Assembly: GCA_038064835.1 (NCBI GenBank)
Contig: JBBTSD010000011.1
Span: forward strand, 1,320 to 65,319
Origin: Patescibacteria group bacterium
GTDB taxonomy: Bacteria > Patescibacteriota > Minisyncoccia > Phycocordibacterales > UBA2100
Reading direction: 5' to 3'
Length of the DNA stretch: 64,000 nucleotides
The notes beneath the pieces are model-generated. The model worked only from the letters and a program-made list of their open reading frames with translations. It was not told the origin of the DNA and searched no databases. Made by a program: the position numbers and the translations under genes. This document shows, piece after piece, positions 17,527 through 27,018 of this stretch (positions within the stretch are counted from its first letter, which is position 1; every line of letters begins with the position of its first letter).

Positions 17527-18702
17527 ATGCACGAAGCCCGTATACGCACCCCGGGACTGCGCAGATTCACCCCCCTCTTCTTTACCGGTTTTCTTTTTGC
17601 GCTCTTTACCGCCCTCTCGTCGTTCTACAATGCCAGCCTCCTTGCTAATCGTGGTGCAAGCGCCGAACAAATTGGAGTTGTGTATCTGACTGCTTCTCTC
17701 GTAGCGATAGTGCTTTTTTTCGCTCTCCCCGCCGCACTCGAACGATTCGGTAATCGCGTCCTCACTATCTGCGCCGGCTGTAGTATGGCGCTTTCCGTAT
17801 TTGCATTGATCTTTACCCGCGATCCGTTTATTTCCACCCTCTTGCTTGCACTGTTTCTCGCACTCCAAATGAACACCTATTCGCTCCTCGACATTTTCCT
17901 CGAGCGCACGGTCGGTACAAACGAGGCGGTCACCGGGCGCGTGCGCGGGCTTTTCCTTGCTATTGCAAACAGTGCCTTTATTGTCGCGCCATTTTTTGCC
18001 GGACTACTTATTGCTCGTGGTTCTTTTGAGCTTCTCTATATATGTGTCACCGGTGCAATCGTGGCATTCACCACAGCAGTATTTTTTTCGTCTCGGCACT
18101 TTACCGATCCAAAATATCCGCATGTACATTTTGTCACGCTATGGCACGCGCTCACACAAAGCTCGTTCCTAAGAAATGCATTGAGCATTCAATTACTCCT
18201 GCGTTTTTTGTATGCGGTCACCATGGTATATATGATTGTCTATTTTCATAGTGTCCTGGGCCTGTCGCTTAGCCTCATCGGTGCCATCGTCTCTATCGGC
18301 CTCATACCATTTCTCCTCGTACAACTCCCCCTCGGTCTCTTGGGGGACAGAAAATTACCTCAGCGACAACTACTCTGTGCCGGATTTTTTATTGTGGGCA
18401 TAACCACTATCACATTCGTGCTGGTGCCACCGCATGCCCCGATACTTCTTGCACTAGTGTATTTTATCTCAAACATCGGGGCGGCAATTATAGAAGTGCT
18501 GAGCGAGATATATTTCTTTACACATGTACGCGGAAACAACGATGTTGAGATTGCAGCATTTCGTATCCTCACCCCTTTTTCATACCTCCTTGCCCCCTTG
18601 TGCGGAACACTGATTCTTATGTTTGCTCCGCTCAGCACTATATTTTTTTTCCTAGGATTCTTGATGTTTATAGGTATTCCACTTGCCTACCGCATCCGCT
18701 AA
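17527..18702 (+). CDS. MFS transporter
   Basis: About 12 hydrophobic segments; ERFGNR and GLLGDR loop motifs. Confidence 0.85.
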   Translation: MHEARIRTPGLRRFTPLFFTGFLFALFTALSSFYNASLLANRGASAEQIGVVYLTASLVAIVLFFALPAALERFGNRVLTICAGCSMALSVFALIFTRDPFISTLLLALFLALQMNTYSLLDIFLERTVGTNEAVTGRVRGLFLAIANSAFIVAPFFAGLLIARGSFELLYICVTGAIVAFTTAVFFSSRHFTDPKYPHVHFVTLWHALTQSSFLRNALSIQLLLRFLYAVTMVYMIVYFHSVLGLSLSLIGAIVSIGLIPFLLVQLPLGLLGDRKLPQRQLLCAGFFIVGITTITFVLVPPHAPILLALVYFISNIGAAIIEVLSEIYFFTHVRGNNDVEIAAFRILTPFSYLLAPLCGTLILMFAPLSTIFFFLGFLMFIGIPLAYRIR

Positions 18703-18782
18703 TCACTGTAAACACATAACCCCCGAACAGTACCGGGGGTTACAAACAGCTATTCTGCCACGCACGCGGTACGAACATCGCC

Positions 18783-19001
18783 TCATGATTTTTTCTTGCC
18801 GCCGAGTGCAAGCACGATAAAGATGGTCTGGATAATGCTCAGTATCACCAGCGGTATAAGCAACACCAAGCGTTGCCAGAATGTTGCGGGGGCCATAAAC
18901 CACCACAGCGCAACACCAAAGATGGTGGGAATCCCCACGATGCATACAATGACGCAATTCGCGAGAAAGTCAGTAAACTTGTCCATCTTGTTCTCCCTCA
19001 C
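18783..19001 (-). CDS. Small two-TM hypothetical protein
   Basis: 72-aa ORF with two TMs and a basic tail. Confidence 0.55.
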   Translation of the reverse strand: MRENKMDKFTDFLANCVIVCIVGIPTIFGVALWWFMAPATFWQRLVLLIPLVILSIIQTIFIVLALGGKKKS

Positions 19002-19035
19002 TCCCCACAGAACATACCGCGCAACCCCTCCTCAA

Positions 19036-19863
19036 TCAAGCACTCCATTTCTTACCAACTTTTTTGATCATGTCTTCAGAGCGCAATGATGCCAGTGCCC
19101 CAATAAGTCGTTTTTTTGGAAGAGTCGTTGCTTTCAGAAGACTTTTCTCGTCCATTGCTAGACCTTTCAGCAGGGCGCGTAATACACGCCCACGCGCCTC
19201 GCGCGGAGATCCGCGGAATGCTTTTTGTTTTGTATACACGGTGCTCTTTCTAGCTGAGTTTCCTTTTGTCTCTTTCAGATACACTCCGTAGTCCATAAGT
19301 GCGGCGTACCATTCGCGTGGCGAATCCACTTGCGCAAGAGCTTGCGCAATGAGCGGCATCAAACGGGCGTCGTCCACGCGCCGAGCTTGAGGAAAAAAAT
19401 GATGAATGAACACTGTGCGAATATTTGTTTCAATGCATACTTCCCGCTCGTTGTACGCAAAGATACGCACGGCTTTGGCTGTGTAATCGCCGACACCCGG
19501 CAATGCGCGCAAGTCGTCATACGAGCGTGGCACTACGCCCCTATTGTGGGCGACCACAGCCTGCGCCGCTCCGTGCAAAAATTTGGCTCGCCGATTATAC
19601 CCGAGCCCGCTCCACATTTTCAAAACAGCACCGAGTTTTTTCTGTGCCAACACATTCATTGTAGGAAACTCGCGCAAGAAATTTTCGTAGTACGGAATCA
19701 CTCGCGTGACCTGCGTCTGCTGTAGCATCATTTCAGAGACAAGAATATGGTATGGGTCGTGTGTTTTCCGCCACGGTAGATCGTGTCGGCCATGCATAGC
19801 GAAATATGCCTGCACAGCGCGCACGAAATCATTCATCGATTTGTGTTTTTTATGTTGATCCAT
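19036..19863 (-). CDS. mutY: A/G-specific adenine glycosylase (short MutY-like)
   Basis: LPWR..DPY.ILVSE.MLQQTQV, WSGLGYNRRA, LPGVGDYTA. Confidence 0.92.
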   Translation of the reverse strand: MDQHKKHKSMNDFVRAVQAYFAMHGRHDLPWRKTHDPYHILVSEMMLQQTQVTRVIPYYENFLREFPTMNVLAQKKLGAVLKMWSGLGYNRRAKFLHGAAQAVVAHNRGVVPRSYDDLRALPGVGDYTAKAVRIFAYNEREVCIETNIRTVFIHHFFPQARRVDDARLMPLIAQALAQVDSPREWYAALMDYGVYLKETKGNSARKSTVYTKQKAFRGSPREARGRVLRALLKGLAMDEKSLLKATTLPKKRLIGALASLRSEDMIKKVGKKWSA

Positions 19864-20582
19864 GACACCTGCCATTTTTTCTCTACCTGGTGTCGCAGTA
19901 TGGTAAACCAAAATCCATATCCTTCGCCCGTAAGATGCAGGAAGTCGGGCGCGTAGTATTTTTTCGGGTCCGATGCAAAGGGACTACTCCGGGAGAAAAT
20001 GTCGACATACACACCTCCGTGTTTTTCGGCAGCCATCATGAATTGTGTGCGAAGATTGGCTGAACGCCAGTTGTAAATCGGTCGCATGAAGAGTGGGAAT
20101 AATGGTGCGTCGCCAATTTTTCCCGCAGTGAGAACAATAATCTTGTCAGCCCGTTTTCCAACAAGAGCAAGTGTCTCGTCCAATAGTGCCCCTACTTCAT
20201 CCAGTGATGAAAACTGAATGACATCATTCGCCCCAATTTGTATCAACGCAAAATCAAAGTGCTCACTTTTTGCCTGGGTTAGTTGACCGCGCACATCACG
20301 CACTTTTGCACCGCTCGTCGCGTAGTTTTCTACAGAGGCGTCAAGCGCCTCTGACAGACGGCCTGGGACACTGAGTGCGGGTTCGCTTCCCACGCTTGCA
20401 GCCGTACTGTCGCCTAGCACCAGCACACTGACAACACCTTCTGTCCGCTCGAAGTTCTGCGCAGTACGCACCAAAGTTTTGCTGATTGCCACCAGGCGCA
20501 TCACTCGGATACCTTCGTAGACAAGGTAACAGAGGAGAACGATCATCAGGATCAGCGCCACAGAATAGAGCGTGCGAGTCAT
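19833..20582 (-). CDS. SGNH/GDSL hydrolase
   Basis: VLGDST, IGAND, PDFLHL blocks; N-terminal TM. Confidence 0.9.
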   Translation of the reverse strand: MTRTLYSVALILMIVLLCYLVYEGIRVMRLVAISKTLVRTAQNFERTEGVVSVLVLGDSTAASVGSEPALSVPGRLSEALDASVENYATSGAKVRDVRGQLTQAKSEHFDFALIQIGANDVIQFSSLDEVGALLDETLALVGKRADKIIVLTAGKIGDAPLFPLFMRPIYNWRSANLRTQFMMAAEKHGGVYVDIFSRSSPFASDPKKYYAPDFLHLTGEGYGFWFTILRHQVEKKWQVSWINIKNTNR

Positions 20583-21283
20583 CACAGTTGATATATTACA
20601 TCCTTTCGCTCCACCACGACGCTCCATCCGTTTCTGTTTGCATGTTTGTTGAGCGCACTGCTTGGATTAAAGCAAATCGGTCGCGCAACCATCTCGAGAA
20701 AAGGAATATCGCTTTCAGAATCACCGACACCAATTGAATACTGGAGCGTCAAACCTTCGCGCTCGACTGCGCGTTTCAGCGTATTCGCCTTGTTGAAAAT
20801 GATATGCTCATCAGTCACCGTGCCGGTGAGGCGATCTCCTGGACCAATTTCATAAATCACCCCATACGCCTTGTCGAACCCGAGCTTGGGACAGAAGAAG
20901 TCGAGAATGGTTTTGGGTGAATGAGACACGGCGAGGAGGAAATAGTCTTTCTGTTTTAAGTCCCGCAACAAATCCCGTGTATATCGATACACACGCTTCC
21001 ATTGAGCCTCGACTACATACTCAGCGGCATCTGCGAAATCGCTATAGTGCACTCCTTTAAAATATTTCTCGGAGGCGCGCACCATGGCGTGAATATATTC
21101 ATCATAAGTCCCTTCTCGATTCACCCATTTCTCTTGTTCGCGCGCATAGGCGCGATGCATTTCTGGGGGTAAATGTCCCTTTTCAATGAGTCTTTCTATA
21201 AGCTGAATAAACAAGCTGGAACGGAAGATGGTACCGTCCACATCAAATACTGCCACTCTTTGCTTCCCTTTTCGCGCACTCAT
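20582..21283 (-). CDS. HAD-IB family hydrolase
   Basis: FDVDGT, GVGDSESDIPFL, PICFNP. Confidence 0.92.
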   Translation of the reverse strand: MSARKGKQRVAVFDVDGTIFRSSLFIQLIERLIEKGHLPPEMHRAYAREQEKWVNREGTYDEYIHAMVRASEKYFKGVHYSDFADAAEYVVEAQWKRVYRYTRDLLRDLKQKDYFLLAVSHSPKTILDFFCPKLGFDKAYGVIYEIGPGDRLTGTVTDEHIIFNKANTLKRAVEREGLTLQYSIGVGDSESDIPFLEMVARPICFNPSSALNKHANRNGWSVVVERKDVIYQL

Positions 21284-21304
21284 GCGATGAGTATACCAAA
21301 AGCT

Positions 21305-21970
21305 CTATGGGCGTGTCTTGGGCCATCTTTTTAAAGCCTCTGGCCATAGTTGTGACAATGGATGTTCCGCACAATCATGTGTGCGAGCAGGACACACATA
21401 CCTTCCATACAACACCAGACCATTGTTCACATATTTCCAGTCTTTCTTTGGTATCAGCATTTCCAAATCTTTAGAAATTTTCTTTAGGTCCTTTTGATCA
21501 GTGAGGTCAAATCGTTTGGCAAATCGTTTGACATGTGTGTCGGTAGCAATTCCTTCCCACACATTGAACAACTCTCCCAACACCACATGCGCCGTCTTGT
21601 AGCCAATGCCCGGAAGCGCCACTAGCTCGGTTTCTGTCTGGGGTACATTCCCCCGATGTTGTTCTGCCACAATTTTTGCAGATGCGATGATGTGTTTCGT
21701 TTTGTTACGGAAAAAAGGAATAGAACCAATTTCCCTTTCAAAGACTGTCCGCCGGGCATTCGCAAAATCGGCAGGAGTTCGGTACTTTTTAAACAGTGTT
21801 TTGGTTGCCGTGTTTACCGCTTTATCGGTGCACTGCGCTGAAAGCATGACCGCTACCACGAATTGAAATGGTGCTTCGTAGCTCAATTCGCTTTTGGGCG
21901 CAGGATAGGCCTTTTTCAGATACGCCACGATTGCATGTGCCCGTTTAGTTCGTTCTGTTCGTTTTCTCAT
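21305..21970 (-). CDS. nth: Endonuclease III
   Basis: LSAQCTD..VN, HhH LPGIGYKTA, DTHV, GRYVC. Confidence 0.93.
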   Translation of the reverse strand: MRKRTERTKRAHAIVAYLKKAYPAPKSELSYEAPFQFVVAVMLSAQCTDKAVNTATKTLFKKYRTPADFANARRTVFEREIGSIPFFRNKTKHIIASAKIVAEQHRGNVPQTETELVALPGIGYKTAHVVLGELFNVWEGIATDTHVKRFAKRFDLTDQKDLKKISKDLEMLIPKKDWKYVNNGLVLYGRYVCPARTHDCAEHPLSQLWPEALKRWPKTRP

Positions 21971-21976
21971 AGAGCG

Positions 21977-23050
21977 CTATGATAGCTTTTCTATACGCAG
22001 TCCCACAAGCCGTATCTTTTTCTTCCGCGGATTCTCCTGGGCGTCGAAAAATGGAAGTGCCAACTTGATTGCTTTGAGCTCAAGCTCAACGACGCTTGTA
22101 AGCGGCTTCTGCACTGTGAGCATACGCGATACTGTAGAAAAATCGGCAAAACGAACTGTTATGACCACGGTGCGAAAACTGATAAATCCATCCTGAATGA
22201 GCGATCGCACGATACTTTTTGCCTGTACTGAGAGGACCTCAAAAACTTCCTTCATGTCATCCGTATCCACATCAAATGTATGGTGCTTACCGATAGATTT
22301 CGCATCTTCTTTTTCCGTCTGTACTTCCCGTTCGTCGATACCACGCAGGCGCTCGTACAACTCAAACCCATGTGCACCAAAAGCGCGACGCAGTTCTTCC
22401 CAAGAAATTTTGCGTGCGTCTGCAACCGTACGAACACCCAGTCGTGCAAATTTTTCTTCGGCCTTCTTTCCTATTCCAGGGATATCACGAACGGCCAGTG
22501 GTTTTAAAAACATGTCTACTTTTTGTGGCAAGACAACGGTGAGGCCCCGTGGTTTTTTTACTTCGCTCGCAAGCTTGGCAATCAGTTTATTAGGGCCAAT
22601 ACCGACTGAACACGAAAGACCGATGTCGCAAATCGATTTTTGTACGGTCCGAGCAATGCGAGTTGCCTCTGGATAGTCACTGCAGTGTGAAAAATCAAGG
22701 TAGGCCTCATCCACACTAACTTGTTCTACAATACGCACGAGCTTTCCTATCAACCCAAATGCCTCGCTAGAAGCATCGCTATATTTTTTGTGTCGTGGGG
22801 TTATGAAAACACAGGGTGCATTTCCTTTTTTCTGCGCCTCCTGGCACAACTGCCACGCTTTTGAAATGGGCACGGCGCTCCTAACCCCATATGCACGCGC
22901 GGCGTAACTTGCCGTCGAGACCACGCCACGGCCCGCACCGCCCAGGGGATCGGAGCCGACAATAATAGGCAATCCTTTGAGGTATGGTTTTTCGCGCTCT
23001 TCTACCGTGGCAAAAAAAGCATCCAAATCTATATGACCAACAATGCGCAT
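21977..23050 (-). CDS. dinB: DNA polymerase IV (Y family)
   Basis: HIDLDAFFA.VE, STASY.AR.YGV, SVDEAYLD, AKLAS..KP.G, IPGIG. Confidence 0.95.
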   Translation of the reverse strand: MRIVGHIDLDAFFATVEEREKPYLKGLPIIVGSDPLGGAGRGVVSTASYAARAYGVRSAVPISKAWQLCQEAQKKGNAPCVFITPRHKKYSDASSEAFGLIGKLVRIVEQVSVDEAYLDFSHCSDYPEATRIARTVQKSICDIGLSCSVGIGPNKLIAKLASEVKKPRGLTVVLPQKVDMFLKPLAVRDIPGIGKKAEEKFARLGVRTVADARKISWEELRRAFGAHGFELYERLRGIDEREVQTEKEDAKSIGKHHTFDVDTDDMKEVFEVLSVQAKSIVRSLIQDGFISFRTVVITVRFADFSTVSRMLTVQKPLTSVVELELKAIKLALPFFDAQENPRKKKIRLVGLRIEKLS

Positions 23051-23057
23051 CCGAGCA

Positions 23058-23519
23058 TCATACGGTGTTTTGTGTCGCCGAGACATCTGCGCGCGAATGA
23101 CTCCATATCAAAATTATTACCCCCGCAAGCACGAAAGTGAGGAATGCTGAGAACAGACAATAAATACACCATGCACCGATAAAAAAAGCCTGGACATACA
23201 AGAAATACAGTGAGGACAAAGCTCCTAGAACCCCCACGCCGTACAAAATGTTCTTTGCATAGCCCTTCATGTCGGTGACTAGTGCAATGCCAAGAATTAA
23301 AATGCATGTGTAGAAAAATATCCCCCACAAAGAAATCGGTGCTCCGAATAGTATCGAGTACGGGCTCGCAGCGACGGCATTGCATCCTTCGAGCGGTCCG
23401 CACAACAGACTCGTTTCAGTGATATGGGCGGTGTATAAGTAGAGCGCATCGAGAAGACCGAGCACGGCTATCGCTACCACGGCCGTCACATGACTACTCT
23501 GCATCACTTTCATAAGCAT
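23058..23519 (-). CDS. Vitamin K epoxide reductase (VKOR) family protein
   Basis: C....GC..V..S.YS and CIYC motifs with 4 TMs. Confidence 0.92.
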   Translation of the reverse strand: MLMKVMQSSHVTAVVAIAVLGLLDALYLYTAHITETSLLCGPLEGCNAVAASPYSILFGAPISLWGIFFYTCILILGIALVTDMKGYAKNILYGVGVLGALSSLYFLYVQAFFIGAWCIYCLFSAFLTFVLAGVIILIWSHSRADVSATQNTV

Positions 23520-23569
23520 ACGGTACCATTTTTACCGACCTGCGCCAAACACAGAGATGTCTCTGCACA

Positions 23570-24412
23570 CTATAGTTTGATTTGGAAATTTACTTTGCCC
23601 GGCACACTTTGTGGCACCGCGCGTAAAGATTGCACGGTAGGAAGATTGAGAGAAAAGGCCTCTACTTCAGCAAGCAACACACCGCCATACGCGCCGAAAA
23701 ATTCATTCAAATCTTCTGCTCCTCGTGACGAACGGATTCGTTCAGAATACACTACTGCAACTGCACGACCACCGGTCAGTGAAATTGTCGTGAAAATAAC
23801 CTCCCAATAGACACCGCTGTCTTTTGTCATAATCGGAAAAGCAGCAACCATCGTGCGGCGCGCAGGAGTATTTCCCGAAGCCGGAGTAAGATTATCGACT
23901 ACGATTGTGCCGCCTGTCGATACATATTTATCACGCACTGAAAGTGCAAAGGCATCAGCGGTAGCCGGAGTCGTGGCTTGAAGATTCTCAATAATACTTA
24001 TCATATGCTTCCATGTTTCAAGATTTTCTTCGCCTGCGGGAGTAAATTCAAATAGACCGCTCACATGATAGCGATGGAAGTAGGTGACATCACGAAAGAC
24101 AACGCTCGGGGCACCATTGCGCGCCCCCGCAACACCGGGAGTTTTCTGTGAATGCTTTATTCCTTCAAGCGAACCGACAGCGACCGAACTAGCGGGATCT
24201 CCTTCGGTATACCCAATTTGCCCGCGAGCTCGTGCCCGCAATTCCGTAAGGTCGATAGCGACTTCATCTTGTCCAGCTTTTAATGCTTCGTGAAAAACTT
24301 CAGTAGGGGGTGGCGGAAAAACTTTGCCGCCGCCTAGCCACAGCACGCCCAGCGTGCCGCCAATGAACAGGATGAACATCCACGCAATAACACGGATGTG
24401 GTTGCCGGCCAT
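23570..24412 (-). CDS. Hypothetical membrane-anchored protein
   Basis: N-terminal TM; TACGAT box 6 nt before the ATG at 24412. Confidence 0.65.
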   Translation of the reverse strand: MAGNHIRVIAWMFILFIGGTLGVLWLGGGKVFPPPPTEVFHEALKAGQDEVAIDLTELRARARGQIGYTEGDPASSVAVGSLEGIKHSQKTPGVAGARNGAPSVVFRDVTYFHRYHVSGLFEFTPAGEENLETWKHMISIIENLQATTPATADAFALSVRDKYVSTGGTIVVDNLTPASGNTPARRTMVAAFPIMTKDSGVYWEVIFTTISLTGGRAVAVVYSERIRSSRGAEDLNEFFGAYGGVLLAEVEAFSLNLPTVQSLRAVPQSVPGKVNFQIKL

Positions 24413-24469
24413 CCACATATCGTAGCATACGCAATCCTGCACCCTAGAAAACACGAGTATACTATGTGC

Positions 24470-25285
24470 ATGAAGCATAGTAGTTCTGTCGAGCAATTTT
24501 TGATACTCACCATCATCGCATCGAGCGCCGCTATGCTCCCACTTACCCTATCAGAGATACACCTTGGCGCGACACGAGCGTGGGAAAATACTGTCTTGAG
24601 CCTTAATCCATCTGCCGAACGAGCATACGCCTATGGCGTTGTGCACTTTAGTTCAAGCCAAAGAGATGCATACGATATTGATCGCGCTGAGTATTTTTTT
24701 CGCCGGGCAATTGCATTAAACAACCGACAACCACTTGCCTACCATCAGTTGGCCCGTATCGCTTTTCTTCGAGGCGAATTTTCGCAAGCGATGACCTATA
24801 TAAACAACGAGCTTTTTTTGAACCCCGAGCCGTCACCGTCTTCCTACTATATGCGAGGACTCATCCGCGGGTACATGGGCGATTATCCCGAAGCGGTTAC
24901 AGACTATCAAATGTACCTGACGCGAAAGCCTGCGAATTGGGCAGGATTCAATGATTTCGCCTGGGTCCTCGTCAAGGACAATCGTCCCGCAGAGGCATGG
25001 GAGATAGTCTTACACGGTCTGGCCTCATACCCTACAAATCCCTGGCTCCTCAATACCGGAGCAATTGCCTCATATGAGCTGGGTGAAACTGAACGGGCGC
25101 GCAGCATGGCGCTTGACGCCGCTCGTTTTGCCCTCGCTCTTTCCGAGAAAGACTGGCTTGTCGCTTATCCAGGGAATGACCCCGCTGTTGCGCAGGAGGG
25201 GATCTCGACCTTGTATACTGCAATTATGCAAAACATACATCGAGCTAGCGTGGTTACCGCCACCCCCGCCACACAAACACCATGA
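24470..25285 (+). CDS. TPR-repeat protein
   Basis: TPR-like helices (AEYFFRRAIAL..AYHQLA; YYMRGLI...GDY.EA..DY). Confidence 0.8.
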   Translation: MKHSSSVEQFLILTIIASSAAMLPLTLSEIHLGATRAWENTVLSLNPSAERAYAYGVVHFSSSQRDAYDIDRAEYFFRRAIALNNRQPLAYHQLARIAFLRGEFSQAMTYINNELFLNPEPSPSSYYMRGLIRGYMGDYPEAVTDYQMYLTRKPANWAGFNDFAWVLVKDNRPAEAWEIVLHGLASYPTNPWLLNTGAIASYELGETERARSMALDAARFALALSEKDWLVAYPGNDPAVAQEGISTLYTAIMQNIHRASVVTATPATQTP

Positions 25286-25899
25286 CATCAGAATACGAAA
25301 ATTTCTCGGTAACACCCATTCGCTTTGCATCGTGGATTTTTATTGGTGTGCTTGTTTTCCTTGTTGCTCACAACGACATGCAAAAAGACTCATTATCCAG
25401 AAGAACGGACGCTGAGGTAAAATTTTCCGATACGAGTTCTTCTGGCATGTCTATTGTACCCGCTTCATGTGATTCTGATCCACACTACGCTGGCGAGTGC
25501 GACCCACCCTGCCTCCTTCTTAACTTCTGCAGCGGGCTTCAGCGCTGGCAAAGAGCCACCTCCTGCGTGGAAACACTTCTTGAGACATGTAGTTACGCCT
25601 GTTCTGCCGATGCGTGCATACCTCCACCGCCACCAACGGGAAACATTACCGTCACACCCGATCTCATACGCAAAAGTGCAACAACACAAGTAAGCTGGAG
25701 TGCAACCGATGTAAGCTCGTGTTCAGTCACCGGCTCCAACGGAGACACCTGGAGTGTGGGAAGTGGCACGCTCACCACACAAACATCAACCACACTCACG
25801 CGCACCACAGAATATGTACTAACCTGCCCCGCGCTCGACGGTTCAACATTTCGTGATACCGCTACCGTAACAACCGCACCCGAATTTCGCGAAAGATAG
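25282..25899 (+). CDS. Membrane-anchored Cys-rich/Ig-like domain protein
   Basis: TM, Cys-rich segment, then ITVTP..VSWSA..SCSV..YVLTC. Confidence 0.65.
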   Translation: MTSEYENFSVTPIRFASWIFIGVLVFLVAHNDMQKDSLSRRTDAEVKFSDTSSSGMSIVPASCDSDPHYAGECDPPCLLLNFCSGLQRWQRATSCVETLLETCSYACSADACIPPPPPTGNITVTPDLIRKSATTQVSWSATDVSSCSVTGSNGDTWSVGSGTLTTQTSTTLTRTTEYVLTCPALDGSTFRDTATVTTAPEFRER

Positions 25900-25964
25900 A
25901 AACTTATATCGCTGGAACAGAAACGACCCGCACCAAGGAGGTGCGGGCCGCAGGTTCGTGCATG

Positions 25965-26750
25965 TCAGTACCACTTGCGTGGGGTGGCGAGGAACGCGGC
26001 ATACGGGCGATTCCACTTCGCCCCGAACGCCGCATAACTCTCGACAACCACGACCGTCAGGCCAGCGCTTTTGAAGTGCCGAAAAATGAATTCGGCGACG
26101 CGCGGATCCAAACGAATGCACCCTGCAGATTCACTGGCGATATCGCCACCATGGAGGGCATGACCCTCATTAGTGAAAAACATCGCGTAAGGCATGCGCC
26201 CACCGCCGCGCTCAATGGTCCCATCCCGAAGTTGCCGAATCGGATGGCTCTTCGAGATGTGCAGTTCGTGGCTAGACAGGATCGGATGCGGACCTTTCTT
26301 CGGGTCCGTCAGCGGCGTCCTGAAACCAACTCTGCCGTGCGACATTGGCCCAAACAGTTTGTACCCGTCCCGCTCGGCGATGACGCCATGCTCGAAGATC
26401 AGGAAAGTGCCATTGCGTCCCTCGTTGAGAAACGCGACGAACACCGTCCCCGGGACAGCGGTTTTCAAGTCGGGCATCACCGGTATGTCGACTTCGCGTG
26501 CCGCACGAGCGACACGCTCGGCACGATCCCGCACAGCATCTTCCGGTCGAACCAAAGCCGGAGGCCATGCGGAAACACCGGGCATCGGCCTCAGATACGG
26601 TCGCTCGGCACGAGGTGTGGGAGCGCGGCGATCGCTGTCGCAGATGACCTGTGACGAATCGATCTGATCGAACCGGCATGCCGCCGAAACGGGGGTGGTC
26701 GCGAGGTAGGCTATGGCGAGAGTCGCCGTGAAAGTCAGAGCGATGTTCAT
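25965..26750 (-). CDS. L,D-transpeptidase (YkuD) family protein
   Basis: Signal peptide; MPYAMFF..GHALHG....SAGCIRL catalytic motif. Confidence 0.8.
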   Translation of the reverse strand: MNIALTFTATLAIAYLATTPVSAACRFDQIDSSQVICDSDRRAPTPRAERPYLRPMPGVSAWPPALVRPEDAVRDRAERVARAAREVDIPVMPDLKTAVPGTVFVAFLNEGRNGTFLIFEHGVIAERDGYKLFGPMSHGRVGFRTPLTDPKKGPHPILSSHELHISKSHPIRQLRDGTIERGGGRMPYAMFFTNEGHALHGGDIASESAGCIRLDPRVAEFIFRHFKSAGLTVVVVESYAAFGAKWNRPYAAFLATPRKWY

Positions 26751-26870
26751 CTTTTTTCCCTTGTTTTCCGTAAATACTCAATTTCGCACCTTCTTTAATT
26801 ATAGCACTAATCGGCATAAATAGCAAGGTCTGGTCTTGTACCCTCGAACCCACACGAGATTCCTTTTGAA

Positions 26871-26897
26871 AAATGAGAAGGTCAGACCTTCTCATTT
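26871..26897. repeat. REP-like palindrome type 3
   Basis: AAATGAGAAGGTC-A-GACCTTCTCATTT; same core at 31220-31244. Confidence 0.75.
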
Positions 26898-27018
26898 GCG
26901 TCGGCCTTGGAACGCACCCCAGAGGCCACTACCGGCGGCTCCTCAGTAACCATTCGAGAGGTCACCTTGAAAACCCCGTAAAATTGGGTTTTTTACAAAT
27001 GTCTGGTATACTACTGAG

